Shown: positions 10,139-23,985, counted from the whole stretch's first letter. The stretch is 53,803 nucleotides of DNA, filler included, from Sphacelaria rigidula (GCA_964200075.2; 2 parts of 2 records of this genome joined end to end with filler, not necessarily neighbours in it), one strand, 5' to 3'. A program made the numbers and translations. The notes: generated from the sequence alone by a model not told the origin.

Positions 10139-12678
10139 GTACATGAAAGTGGATTACCTGGAGAATATCGCATTGGAAGACATGCTGAAAGCTTCTGCGA
10201 CGGGGTTGGATGCCGTTCACGATGCTATTCTGGACTACACTAATACCATGAACGACGCGAGTGAAGGTGATCAATTTTTGGTTGATGAGCTGTTGATGCG
10301 AGTTACTGTACTCTAGTTGCCGTTGTTACTGTTGTTACTGTGCGGCAACATTCACAAACGTTTGTCGGTTTTGTTGGGTATATAATGTGTAAATCGTGAA
10401 CGAACGTGTCAGTAAACGCGCGCTTAACATTGTTAGCTTGTACTCAAGTATTTCATCCTCAAGCTCCCTTTGCGCGATCGTTCCAGATCGCGATGGGTGC
10501 TGCGAGCGTGGTCTAGGTTGCACGTAGAAGATTGGCCGTGGCTTCAAGCTGTTCATTTGCGCATATTGGCAAGGGACGTTAGACGTACATATTGTTGGTA
10601 ACCCTAAAAAGAAGCCGAGCTACCGCTGGCAGCTCATGGTACGCGACATTGCAGTGGACGTGCAAAAAACGCTGCCTCTCCAAATGTCGTGCTTCTCACC
10701 CCCCATAAATTTAGTCGAAACTCCGTTGTCCAGGTTCGAGCACTACACCAAAAGGAAATGTCAGCCAGAAAGGTGAAAATGCACGTGATGATCAAACGCG
10801 AGCACGGCTGGAGATGGCGCGTGGGTTGAAGGTTCTGCGCCAACTGCAAGTGTTCGCCCAGGTGCTTTTTTTGCCAAGCGCGTACCGGAACTGCTGCAAT
10901 ATATCGCGAGCGGCAGGGCAAATCAAATGTATTTTGATATGGTGTAGTGTTTCAAGTATTGCTTGTCCGATCGATGAAACCTGTGGCCGTGATTCAGGGA
11001 ACGCGTATTCGCCGCCGTTGTTCACGCGTGGCAGATTCGACTTCGATTGGCTCATATCTACCAGGCTCATATATTTATGGTTCCAGGGGGAGGCACGGAT
11101 CAAAGGTGAGTAATCTTCTTGTCTCTTGTTGCGTGGTGTCGTTACGTTGCCATGGTGCCTCTTTCTAAGCCAGGTCAGGGGCACGTGTTGAGACGAGATG
11201 AAGAGTCCCGAGAATCCCGCCGGCCTGCGCTTGATCGAATACGGAGAAACAACTTGGTACCTTGCTCAAAACCTGACCTAATGCAAACACGGTGAGCCAA
11301 AATTGAAAGAATAACCTGTGAAATGTTCATGAAGGCATGCTATGCAAGCTCATCACTTTTCTGCACATTCGATACGTGATCCTCTTGTCGCGCACCTATG
11401 TATGCATTGGATTTCAGCGCATGCAACCAGCTGGACAGCGTAGCACAGGACAGCAAGAACATGCTCGACAACCCAACGCTTCGTCCTTTGGAGCATGCCC
11501 TACAGCAGGAAGTGAACGTCATGCGAGCTGCTCATCGTGGAAAGAACATGAAGTCTGGCGGGACCGAGGACATTGTAGCAATCCTGCTGGAGCTTCGGAC
11601 GTCTTTGAATGGCTGGAATGCACCCCGGAATGGAGAGGTAGGTTAGTTAGTACTCGAAAGTACTGTGGCACAATCACACAGAGGACGTCAGGATTCCGCA
11701 CAAAACCGTTCCGACGAAAAATCACGAGTCTTGGCTTCCACGGTTAGCGATGACCGCCCACATATTGGGAATACGACATCCATTTTCTGCTGTCAAAGGT
11801 GGAATGTAGACAACTTGTGACCGCTGTTCCGCATTAGGGATCGCTCCCGAGTTGAAACGAACGCATAAAGTGTGCGAAATGGACACATGGGAGTTGGACG
11901 ATTAGGTAGCACAGCGTTTGAAGGAGTTTTGATCCAAAGTGTTGCTTCCAGCGATTCAACGCATGGCCGCTCACAAGCAGAGGGTGTTTGCATGGTGCAC
12001 CAGGGACGAGAAACTGACCAGGATGGCACCGTTCTGTCACTTATTATCACGATATCCCTGTGGAATAAATGCCTCGATGACACCTTTACGGTGCCTTTAT
12101 TCCCGGTGCTGTATTCCAGCTGTGACCACAGTATGCTTTCGTCCACGGTCAGACCAGTGTCCAGGCCAATCTGCAACTGCTAACCCCTATTCCCAGCGAG
12201 ATCTAATATTCTTCATACAAAGGCAGTCGTGATAAGTTGCCTGTGTCTGGACCAGACTTTCTGTGCTCATGCTTCCCTTTGCACAGGGAAAGCGGCTGGA
12301 AGCAGTGTGTGCAGTGTGTGCCGTGTGTGGTGCTATGTTCCAGTGATGAAACGTGACCCGGTTGTATCATGATGGGCGGGCTGCCTACCTGTCATGATAT
12401 ATTGAACACTACATCCTGATATGACAAGATTCCACGCCTTGCCATCCATTTTGACGTCCATTTCGGTGCCCACGTTTTCTCAGCTTGCTGTTTTGCGCAC
12501 TAGGATGACGGACATCATGAAGTCCCTGACAAACAAGTTGTCGAACTTGAGTCGATCTCAAATCGACGGGACGAGCACATACTGTCGGGGTCCACCTTTG
12601 ACAAGAGAAGACACAGCCACGCTGAGCGATTCGAAGGCATGCGCGGATCAAATGGCACACTCGGAGGACCATGATAAG
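10139..12678 (+). pseudogene. Multi-exon gene relic of unknown function (exon-like blocks 10139-10266, 10998-11105, 11418-11637, from 11915, 12484-12678)
   Basis: The four delimited blocks have a CAG acceptor, a GT donor and protein-like translation (e.g. ACNQLDSVAQDSKNMLDNPTLRPLEHALQQEVNVMR; LAVLRTRMTDIMKSLTNKL). Phases at 11105/11418 match. The 11915 block has an in-frame TGA at 11930. Confidence 0.45.
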
Positions 12679-14840
12679 GTGGGGGTACCGAGTCCTCATG
12701 TTCTGCGTATTGCAGGGGTGACTTTTCTCAGTGTCACTTCAGCTGTGTCAACTGCTGTTTTCGACCGCAACCTGCATGTCAACGTCCCATAGCGATGACC
12801 GTCCACCTCAAAATATTTTGCTGTTCTGCACCCATCGCAGTAGAGTTGTTGAGATTTTCGTACCTGGGCGAATCGACGTTCTGGGAACGAAGCAATCTGC
12901 AATATAATGTCATCAGTCGGTATGGTGCAGTAGGTACATTGATATCATCTCGGAATACCGACCGATGACGCTGAATACTGCAATCGAGTTGTTTTTCATC
13001 ACTGTGGCTGATACGCGCCGCCTCGTCCTAGTTCTAGTGAAGAGACGAATTTTCCGGGGCAACAAACACGAGATGCAGCAAAGTAAACACATGTAAGTAG
13101 CTACATTCAAGCGTACAACCACTCGGGTGTGCGCCGCCCGCTCTGATGACACATTCGGGCGCTTGGATCATTCCACATAAAGCTGCCATACCAAATACGA
13201 CCCACTGGTGGTTAGAGGCCAGCTTGGTGAAAAAATCTGATGATCGAGTTTCTGCCCTTTTATCGTCGGTGAGCTCGTTGCTGGCAGTAGGCACGAGATA
13301 CGAGGCAAGAACGACATATATATATACTACTGTACTTCGATGCCCTAGTCAATGCCAGTCGTCGCTGTTCGAGAGCTTGATAGAACCAACAACCAAAGAC
13401 TTGGAACCTGACCTTTTCAGGAGAGAAGCGCATCGTAAATTTCAGGGGCCGTCACCGTCTCACTTTTTTTCGCGTAATAGCTGGATCGATATGACTGACT
13501 GCACAGGAATGGAGATGCACTTTATATCTCGAAGAACTCGAACGGCAAACTGCAGCGAATACGTTGAAGGTTTGTTGCACTCGCTTCCTTATTTTGTTAC
13601 GTCCCAACCTTCAAAAATGAACGAATATCATTTGGCAGATATGCTTTGGACTTTGTACTCACTTTCCTTGGCACGAGCTCGTGTTTTCACTACACTGCAC
13701 TGCACTGCACTGCTCTTCATGCTGATGTTTACCGTGACTAGTGTAGTGTATTAAAAAATCATGAAACAGCACACTCAGCTAGCATCGAGGTGACATGTGG
13801 CATGTGACATGGTAACGGCGGGGCAATGGTTCGTTAGCACGGTGTAGCTGCGTTGGTCCTTGCTGCACAATGCCGTGGTATGTTGACTGTGGTGCCTTTT
13901 TATGCATTATGCAGGCTGGGGTGTACGTTATCCTTGCATGTAAATTAGTAGGCTGACAAAAGCGTGCACCACCTGTACATACTTGTTTATCGTTGGCGGG
14001 AAGAATTATTGAAGCATGACATATCTCATAATCATCCTATAGCTAGTATGCGTCCGCTGCAAGCTTGGTACATGAGTTTGACGCCATAACTTTCAGGGGC
14101 TCTGACTGAGCCCTTTCGTTGTTCATTCGAAGTTTGATGTGAATGGTGCGGCGTGAAGCCTCGTATGTGTTATACACCATACAGCAGCTGTGGCATACGT
14201 GCTCCTATTGTCTTGGGCCGTGATTTCACCGCCTGGTGCGCGGTGTTGAACGAATTTTACGAGCTTTACACCAGGAATCATGTTTGTACAGGGAATGGAG
14301 GGGACAGTGAGAGAGTGTCCGCGGAAACACAACTTGTCATTGGTCTGTTTATCGCATATAGTTGACACTAGTAATCTAGCTCATCATCCCGCGCCCATAT
14401 GTACTGTATTGATGCCACCCGACACTAGAAAGCATCTTCATATCTCGAACCCTGAGATGTCGCGAGAGCTTATCGTCTCGGACCCCAAAGATGCCAACTG
14501 ACATTGTACTGAGAACAGGGAACTATTCTTGTGTTTGAAAAATTTGCTCTCCAGTGTCATGTTGTGAGTACATTGGGAACTGGGACGATAAGCTTCTCGA
14601 TACATTCATGCTTCCCCTATTCCATGAGGAAAGTCGGTTATGTTTACACGGGTCCTTCACCGTGTCCGATGCGTGCGATAATGTTCTTGAAATCTTGGGC
14701 GTTTTGTTATTTGTATTTCTTTCGTACACTACCCCACGTGAGCGAATGAACGAAAAAAGCAGTTGGCCTGAAAATTGTCGTTCCTTGCCCCTACCCCGGG
14801 GGGGAAACGTGCAGAAAAACGTACAAAAACATTAGTTCTC

Positions 14841-15089
14841 ACCTCACAGGAACTTGATGCTAGGTAGTCCCAGGCCTCAGTGAAGGCATTATCGTATTTC
14901 ATCATCCCTTCCAACGTTCCCGTCTTCTTCTGCTGCTTCGCAAACCCGGCATACTCCACCAAAGTTCGGCACCCTTGAGTTACCTTGCGGAATGACCAGC
15001 GTCATCTCCACCGCTATGGCGTAACGGCGGCTCAATGATACTTCGGCACCCCGTGTACTACGTGGGGGTGTGTGAATGGGAGGGACCAT
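14841..15089 (-). pseudogene. Possible internally deleted Tc1/mariner-like transposase relic
   Basis: MVPPIHTPPRSTRGAEVSLSRRYAIAVEMTLVIPQGNSRVP is fused out of frame to QQKKTGTLEGMMKYDNAFTEAWDYL, loosely like the N- and C-termini of mariner-type transposases. No TIR pair confirmed. Confidence 0.2.
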
Positions 15090-18000
15090 CGTGGTTGTGG
15101 TCGGAGTGGGCCGCTGAACGCCGAAATTCTAATAAAAGCGGACGATTCCAGGAAAATTCTCGAACAAGATTGCCCACGATGACCCAAGAAGTATCAAAAT
15201 GTGGGCCATTTCTCCTTTTAAAATATCGGTGCCTATGTTCCCGATTTTTGCACCCCACGAGCATCTCCATATATTCATTTTCTCAAATGACCTATTTTAA
15301 AAGCATGATAGACGCCTGCGTTATGGAGATCTGATCTGCATCTGTAGCCGATAGCCGACTCCGACTCACGAAACAGAGGTAAATGGTATACGATGAATTA
15401 CAAATGAAGGCATGTACTCGTTCTCGAACGAGAACCAGTCAAAATCTCCTCTCATTGTTCTTGTAGACCGTTTTGGTTCACGATTTACCTTTATTCTGAT
15501 TATGGTTGCAGCTGCCGATACGATGCGGTCATCGTGGTTGGTGTGAGAAAAGAGCGATATACCCCCATTTTCATGTTGTCTGATGATATTTGTTTACAGT
15601 TGTTCAAGTAGATGCCGCTATTGTGAAGTTGACACCCGTTGCAATCGTGCATCATCGTCGAGTCTTATGTTTGGATTACAACCCCCCCCTTTCGCTTGCC
15701 TGATGAAAATACTGATCTACAGCATCGCCGGCCAACACAGTCAACACATCATCGGTGGGCACGAGCAACCGGTGGACGTTTTTTTTACCAGTGTCCACCA
15801 ACAGTGTCAAGTGATGGTACGGGGGGGAATAATCAAGTGGACATGTCCTGTGTGACAACGAGTGATGCGATATGCGCCTTTCCTGAAAGTACCACGCGCT
15901 GGGGGAACCCTGATGGATTGGAGGTTGCCACTGGCGAATTCACTTACACTTTGCGATAGGCCACTTGTTCGCACTTTGAGGAAGAATGACGGGCACGGCG
16001 CTAGCGTTACAGATTCGGATATCCGAGAGGCGTGTAGTCGTTGACGTGTGTCCAGCGAGGCTACTATTTGCCAATGTCCAGCTGGGAAATTTGATGGTAT
16101 GCGCACGGTGTCACGAGGATGGCGTCACGGGCGAATTCGGCGGCAGTTTCCGGGATGTCGAGGGATCTAGACTCCTGAAACCCCTCTTCGGGCGAACTGT
16201 CGCGAGACCCAAACGTCGAGTGCATTGCCGCTGCACAGATCAAAAGTGGGAATTTGCATGCTGAATGCTTTGCTGTTTGCCCGGTCATGAGTTGAGTATC
16301 GAGAAGTTAGGCTGGTCGCGATCGCGCTAGATGGATGTACGTACCTGTAGCACACGAGGACTGTGGAATTGCATGATGGATATTAACAACCTAGTTGACA
16401 TGCATGAGATGAGTCCCATCTTCGAACGTTCCCGCTTGAACACAAAGTGCACGTCGGCAGCGTTGTCGGGCTACGTAGGCGACGTTCAAGTCGCAAGGTC
16501 ACCGCTTTGAGTAAACGGATGACAAATCCGTACTCAAAGAGGTCGCCGCCACCACCACGTGTTGTAACAGGTGTATTGCATGAGATTACTTCCACTTGAT
16601 GAAACATGATACTTACCCGCGCCAGCAATTAAGATGAATGCCTACTTCTATATTTGAAGTGCAAATAATGACGTGTTTCGTAAGGTGGCAATATCCAAAC
16701 AGGCGGAACTTGCTCAAGTGCCGACGAGCTTCGTGAGGCGTGCGGCGATCAAATATAGTCCTTTTGTATGTGCACACCATTACCGGTTGATTCGCCATGT
16801 TCTGGGCGTGTGCTCTGGTGAACGCGCGAACGTCGAGGTGGCTAGTGTGGTGTGTGTTGTCGGGAGGACGGTTAATGCATAGCCTCACTCGTCGATTGTA
16901 TGTACGCGGCTACTGACTTTTCCGACAGATGAAGTGAGTGTCAAGCATTTGATTGAGAATTGGGTTTATATTTGCCAATTTTTCATTGTTCGTGTATTTT
17001 GCCTGTAACAACATCGTGTACCTACAGTTGCACGTCGATATCCTTTTCGGGGATATCAGAGGTGTCAGTGATCAGCTATTACAGAGAGCATTCAATGCCT
17101 CGTGAAAGGACTGGAGGGGTATTTCGACAGTAAAACTTGTTCCAGGCATTCATGGACCACTTCTGGAAATCGGGAGCTCCAAATTCCCGCCTTTCGACGA
17201 GGCCAATGCAACATAAATATTACAATTTTCAGCATGAAAAATGTTGTTGTCTCGTCCATTTTCTCGTGTCAAATTCTTCTCTCATGACAGAAGAGTTGTG
17301 ACAGAAAACGTGTGACAGGAAACTTCTGATTTTTTCGAAACTTCGGTTCCAACGCAGTCGTGACGTATTATAAATAGTACAGAGTGTTATTACACTGAAC
17401 ACAAGACAAGTCCAACAGTGTGTAGTCCAACAGTACACTGAAGGTCCCCAGCGCACAGCATCACAGGGAGTGTCGCAACAGGTGGCTGTATGGGACGAAC
17501 TTTCAGCTCTCTTTAGTGCCCGCCCGCGACCAGATGAGCATGAAAAATTGTTTTGTCTGGGGCCTTTATTATTCAATTGTGAGACTTACCTATAAACAGG
17601 GTGCGTTGTGAACGTGTGGGCTATGCGAATGACATTTCATCGATGTTTCGGGCATCAGAGTCCGTTTTGCACACTTCTGTATGTGAAACGATCAAGCTAT
17701 AGTAGAGGTATCCCAAACTCGGTTCCCGGTACCCTGGTTTGTTATCTTATATTTTTTCAAGTGGAAGTGATCGCGATTCATCAGATGATGAGGTCCTTTC
17801 ACCGAAAAAGTAGTACACAACTCAGAGCCAACGAATACACGAGGATGCCGGGAGCCGAGTTGAGATCCTCTAGCATGACCCACTTTTATGGCAACGAATC
17901 TCGCTTTTTTTGGGACTCCGATTTTGAACAAATCGGGGTGACTCAAAATCGGGCGGACCGTTTTATAGCCCAGACAGTTGGACATGCTAATCAGGGCCAA

Positions 18001-19863
18001 AATGTATAGGAAAGTTTTCCAATTTTCAAATCGGTTGTTTTCTCAGACTTTCCAGATTCGGCTTTGAATTTCTGTGACAGAATGCTGTCTTGTTTTTCTT
18101 GTAATGAAAAAAAACAAGCAGAACTTTTCGAAAAACTGCTCAAAACGTGACCCCATTATATGGAATACAAGGTACTACACTGATCACAACACAATCCTGC
18201 AGTGGTATATGGAGTTCAGAGTACTACACTGAACACATCACAACACAGCACAGCTTCTATAGTGTTTTTTAGAACCTGAACACGAACTGCATACAGTATG
18301 CATCAGCTTCTCATGTTGTAACGAACAAGGCGCTTCCCACACCCATCACTTCTATGCTGTAGTTGTCGCTGTGCTGTTGTGCATTCGAACACTCTACGAC
18401 GAACATGGTGTGATGTGCGCTGGAGAGTGCCTGAACAGTTGTAGTGCTGCATGCGGTGTTCCGGTAAGCACAGAAGTGGGGTGAGATCAAAGTGCTGTAC
18501 ACTAGCTACTGTCTATACACAAAGGTGAAACGATGAAACGATCACGTGACGACTGTGCAGCTGTCTGTTGCGTCTCCGTCCGTACTTCAGCTATAGTCGG
18601 GTGCTGGGATCGGAGAAGACACGCAAGGTGGACGCGTGCACGTTGGGGCGAACAAACTGAGCCACGACGGGGCTGCTCTATCCCAAGCGTTTGATGACAG
18701 GAGCTGTCTGCCTTGATGTCTCATGTGATAGTTCTTCCCCCCATATCTGCGTGAGTTGTTTCTTTACTGTCGTGTCGTTCAAATCTGCTGCGTGGGCTCC
18801 ACATTTCAAATAACGACGCAGCATCGACCATTCCAATTTTCGAATTGGTTGTTGTCTCAGGCCTATTCCAGATTCGGCATTGGATTTTTGTTACGCTTTG
18901 CATTTCTGCGACGCATAGACACCCACCACTCACGCGCGTTGTTCAAGCACTAGCTCATCATCCACACAAGGCAGCCTTTGTTTGACGGAAATCCGTCCAG
19001 TATTTGATGAAAGGCAGTCCCGTGCGTAAGGTGCGTGGGCGTTGTAGCACGATTGAAACGCGTACCGTTTTCTCCCATGAGGAAAAACGGCAGCAGCAGC
19101 AGCGGAAGCAGCAGCAGCAGTATCGGCATCGGCTGATTTAAACCCACCCCAGCCGGGTACATGCTGCTGATACTGCTGCTGTTGCTTCTTCTCCTTCTCG
19201 TGCGGAACGCGGTCCGCGTTTCGACCTGCGACAACACCCATACGCCCTTGCGCATGATTGCCGCCCTCCTTGTAGTCGCTGGTCTGTTCGCGTGCTGTTT
19301 TACCCTAGCATACTCGATTAGAATGGCGCGTGATTTGTCGTGAAAATGAAGTTGTGAACCGTCACTTCACTATCTCCATCACGAGATGATTATCATCCCC
19401 CTTGTTTATTGAGACACGGCCTTACTTAGAAGTCCGCATCGTAGTTTGAAACACCTCAGGATCGTTGTTCAAAACCAAACAACGTTAAGGTTACAAGTAT
19501 ACCCTGCCTGCTGAGCATGTTCTCTATGTGTGTAGCTGTGTTCATGTCATCTATTTGCGTGCTGTTCACCTGCCCGCTGAGCATCACACGTGCTCGTCTA
19601 TGCGCGGGCGGGTTTGTACAAGTGGCGCTCTCAAATTAAAAAACTTGGCTCTCGAATTGCTCGTATATAACCTTCGCACATTGAAAAAACGTGGGTTCTC
19701 GAATTAAAAAAGACAAGTGGGCAACATCCCCGTACCGACAGTAGCGATGCTAGTGGATACAAGATCCTGACAGTCTGGCAGCCGGCAAGGTAGTCATGGT
19801 AATGTCCTTCTACCGATATCAACTTACAGTGCACTGTTGCAAAGGTCATATGTGAATACTTTG

Positions 19864-20230
19864 TAGAGCTCGGAAATGGTTTGTCTAACCATTAATCAGT
19901 TGAATGGTTACGCGTAGCGCCCTCATTAAGCATTCAAATGGTACATACTGGTTTGATCGTCAAGCGGCGTAGCCGCGAACCAAAAAGGCCTCCCCGGTAG
20001 CGGGGGCCCCGCCGGAGACGCCCCCGGAGGGGCCGCTGGAGCGACTTGTCTTCACTAGAGCTCAACAATACGTGAAATTTGGGCCAATTTTCAAGGGCTA
20101 TGTAACCTACGTAGCCGGTAACGGTAAATAATAGTTTGGAACCATTATCCAAAAACTTCATTTCACCATTACCATTATTACCATTATAATTATAATGACC
20201 AGTTATAACTGGTACCATTTCCGAGCTCTA
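19864..20230. mobile_element. hAT-type MITE (367 bp)
   Basis: Perfect 17-bp TIR TAGAGCTCGGAAATGGT; 8-bp TSD ATACTTTG/ATATTTTG. Confidence 0.9.
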
Positions 20231-22233
20231 ATATTTTGGCGATTGCCTCACCTGCATTTCGCCCAGATGTAGTGGATTTTTCCACCATTTCACCGCGCCA
20301 TATTATATGTGAAAATGTATCAGTTCCTGCATAATGTTGAAATGTCCCAGACCCTGAACGAAGATTCTACAGTCGGTACGAACACGGTGTTAGAAGTATA
20401 CTGTACACAGTATGAAATATATTGCCGACTATAATTTGTGTAAAACTCGTACCCCAAGTCGGTAGCTGCAACGCCACACTTCGAGACAACAACAGTGTGT
20501 AAAAATCTCCACAATATCGAATGCTACAGGCATCTTTCGCGCCATAGCGGCTGTGTTACCATACAGCTTCGCCCACGATACAGGCAGCCATGACAGCAGC
20601 AGCGGCGACCTTTCACTCCTGCGTGCGCAACCTGGGGCAAACGCACGCTGTGGCTACTACACGAAGATCTTTACAAAATGATACTCCGCGAGCACGTTGA
20701 ACGCAGATACAAGCGGTTGCGTGCATGATGTGGCGAAGTGCATAGAACAGCGCGGAATCAAAGCAGCACAGAGGTAGGCTGAGGATGTGGCTTTCTGTGG
20801 TGTGCTTTGTCACCCTGCACCCTGCCGCGGTGCAGTGAGCAGGTAGTACCACCGAAGGCATAACGTCGCGGCTGGTACGCAGTGTCGAACACATCGCAGC
20901 AAGCAGCGTACTTCATGTACAACAGACGAGGATGTGTGTTTCAAGACTGATGCGGACAGAGTGGGACCCGTATCTACAGGACCCTGCACTAACTCGCCCT
21001 GTTCTAGTGAAAACATGATTTTTTTCAGCAAAAAACGCTTGCAACGTGTGCTGTGACAAATGTCATGCGTCATGCAACTTTATCCCATGTGCGGCATCGC
21101 CCGTGAAGCGAGCTGTTGAAGCTAACAGTGTCTAACCCTCTTCCCACGATGACCTCCTGTCTGAGCTCGAGATAATTGAAACTGCCGAACATGACTCCAA
21201 CTAGTGTAACGTACACCTCACCGTGATTAAAGCTTGCATATTATCGAAAAGGAACAACACTGTGAGGGCGTCTGTCTGTTCTGTGCCTTTCCCATTCCAT
21301 TCCAATGTAAGAAAGCATAGGAAAAATGGAGGCGCGATACGAAGCAGAGCAATCTATTGCAAAGAGTGTCTGGGATCTTCCTGACGGAAATCACACAAGC
21401 CAATGAAATGGGAATGGTCCGCCCAGTCGATCAGCGAAGAAGCGAATGGGCTGCCCGGTCGGTTGAGAAAAGAAGCGCAGAAGGCCATCTGCACCCATGA
21501 CACGCACACGTCCCTGCTGCATTGCATCCCTGGCACGGTCTTTTCATCATTCATTTTCACGTCAAAACTGTGACAATGCAACACAGATGACCCGCCCTGG
21601 GGGTGCCGGTCTGAATAGGTCGAGACAGAGCCGATCGAAAACGCACGCTAAAGTACAGCAGTGCAATGCTTTACATTACAGTACAGTGTTGTCTTCTCTC
21701 TCCCAACCATTGTGTTCGTTCCATTCGTCTACGGGTATCACCAAGGATCAGACTACACGAAATTTTTCGACACCGTCGTCCCTTCCTACCTTCAGTTGCA
21801 AAAAAAGTCTTTGAGCTGCGCTAGGCATTCACTTTTGAAGTTAATGCTTTACCCATGACAAACACAACTGATCCTTCGTGAGATGTCTGCTCTTTGTGCA
21901 AATAGATAAAGCCTAAGTGCACCGTACAGCATAGTACAATCAGTACACTACAGTGCAATGTTGTCTTCTCTGTGCCCCCCGTCGTATTCCTCTGGCTGTG
22001 ATTATTTTTCACTTGAAATTATTGGGGATCGTGTGTTGCTCAGGACATACTCCATCGATGCATAAATTTAATGCGGGCGGTCCTCCACGGTTACGTGTGC
22101 GACTCGAGTGCCGATTGTTGCGTTGGGTGCGCACAACCCCAGTGCATTGCACTGCAGCCTTCATTTCACGGCATGCCCCGCGGTCAGATCAGTACGCGAG
22201 ATATTATATTTTCAATTATATACTTTTTTTCAG

Positions 22234-22309
22234 GTTCAGGGTGTGCGCCTTTAGAGTTGGAGGATAAGGCACACGCCATGGGCTGCGTGTGGAGGGTCAG
22301 CAACAGGAT
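22234..22309 (+). CDS. Tentative CSN3 5' exon (xSGCAPLELEDKAHAMGCVWRVSNR)
   Basis: Strong acceptor tactttttttcag and donor gtaagg. LEDKAHAMG has the spacing of the CSN3 LDxxxHSLG motif, and its phase-2 end fits the 23515 exon. Similarity is weak and the exon lies across a scaffold gap. Confidence 0.3.
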
Positions 22310-22509
22310 GTAAGGTGTGACAAGGGTGCGATCAACCCGTCAAGAGATTGGATCGTAAAAGCAGTTGTATTTGGGTGGAGCATCCCACACAGGTGGACAT
22401 TCGGCTACCCCTTGTGGTGACCCTGTCAGGACAAACACCCTGTGGAGACCCTGAAGTGACCTTGTACAGGGCATTTAACCCTGCCAGCGTGGCATGAAAG
22501 GGCCTTGTC

Positions 22510-22980
22510 GGTTTAAACACCCTAACAGGGTTCGGCGGTGATACCCTGTTCATTTCGAGACCTTATACAGGGCAGTGTTTCAACACCTTGCCGAAGGATT
22601 GACTTTGACAGGGTGATGTTTCCATACCCTGGGTAAGCATCCACCTTGGCAAGGTAATGTTACGACACCTTATACATTCCGAGACCATTTACAGGGTAGT
22701 GTTTCAATACCTTGAGGAAGGGTCGACCTTAACAGAGCGATATCCCCAAACCCTGGGCAAGCATCCACCTTGGCCAGGTTATGTTACGACACCTTGTACA
22801 TTCCAATACCTTTCAAAGGGTGGTGTTTCAATACCTTGCGGAAGGATGGAGCTCAACAGGATGATGGTCCCATACCCTGGGCAAGCATCCACCTCGATAG
22901 GATAATATTTCGGTACGTTGTGCAAAGGCTCACCTTGAGGTAATCTTTCGAAACCCTGGGTAAGCACCGATTTCGGCAGG
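22510..22980 (+). repeat. Diverged tandem repeat, ~123-bp unit, 3-4 copies
   Basis: ccctgggYaagcatccacct recurs at about 22627, 22751 and 22875, with a variant at about 22954. Confidence 0.85.
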
Positions 22981-23514
22981 GTACTATTCCGACACCTCGC
23001 GCGAGGGTCCAGGTCGTTCCAAGGCGTCAACATCCACCTAGCCCTCTTTTCAGGCGTATGACGACGAACAAGGGCCAATAAGGTAGTTTTGAACTGAATT
23101 TTTGAATAGATCCCATTAGAGTCGGTCTAAATCAAACCAGCGGATGAGACATCTCGGATCTTAGCAGCTGACATGGCGCAACCAGCTACACACGTTTGTT
23201 ACAGAATGTCCGTGGACATTTTCTTGGAGCGTGGTCGCGAAGGCTGACGCCAGGGGCAGTGAAGCCAAGCGAGCAGATATTCAGCGCTAGGAGTGTAGAC
23301 AGAAGATGGTGTCATAGAGGTGCCGCTTGTGGGCAAGACAGTCCAGAACAACCCAAGGACGGCAAATAAAGGGAGGCTGCTGGGCTCGATACGGTTTCTC
23401 ACTTTAGACCGATATACCCGTTATAGTACCGGCGATTTACAATGCTGCCTAGTAAATGTTCTGTTGTACTTGTCTAACGATTGTATACAAAACAACACGT
23501 TAATTATCTTGAAG

Positions 23515-23612
23515 CATTTATTGCGTGCAAGATGACCAACCCCTCAGTTGTGCAGAAGCTTTCTTTCGGCTCGCCCATGGACAAGATTTGTTGGCATTCT
23601 TTCCACCTAGAC
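23515..23612 (+). CDS. Tentative CSN3 5' exon (IYCVQDDQPLSCAEAFFRLAHGQDLLAFFPPR)
   Basis: gaag acceptor (weak) and gtgagg donor. Its phase-1 end joins 37845 to give PPRLGVVCHK. Weak resemblance to LFSQVQLFISTCNGEHIRY. Confidence 0.3.
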
Positions 23613-23985
23613 GTGAGGGTATGCAGCTAGTTCTCTCCGGCGAATTTCTCCCGGGCGGTGATGGTTGGATGAGAGCAATGTATGTCAATCTATGCGCGTA
23701 CATGCAAGTCAGGTGTGTGCACGCGGCTTGTACGAGTAGTACAGTAGAGTATATAACCGAACAAACTGCTTGTGATCCGAACGGTAAGGGACCAAACTAG
23801 CTAGGTATACAGTGCGCATCGTTTGAACTGCAACCGAGCCCGCTGCTGAAAAGCTTCGCCCCTGTGCGGTTGGCAGCACCTTGAGATTATACCGAACACG
23901 GTAGCATGCATCCGATATCGGGCTCAACGCGCCCCCATGGGAAAAATCTCGGCACAAAAGCAGAATTCAGAGTGTTGAATCATAT

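Noticed and set aside
21326..21500. Possible CSN3 first exon (MEARYE... or FLTEITQANEMG)
   Set aside because: The ATG frame stops after 26 codons, and the better-looking frame has no start and no convincing donor.
23206..23270. MSVDIFLERGREG*RQGQ*SQ resembling the CSN3 N-terminus
   Set aside because: Two in-frame stops, no continuation, and it lies downstream of the HAMG candidate exon; likely chance.
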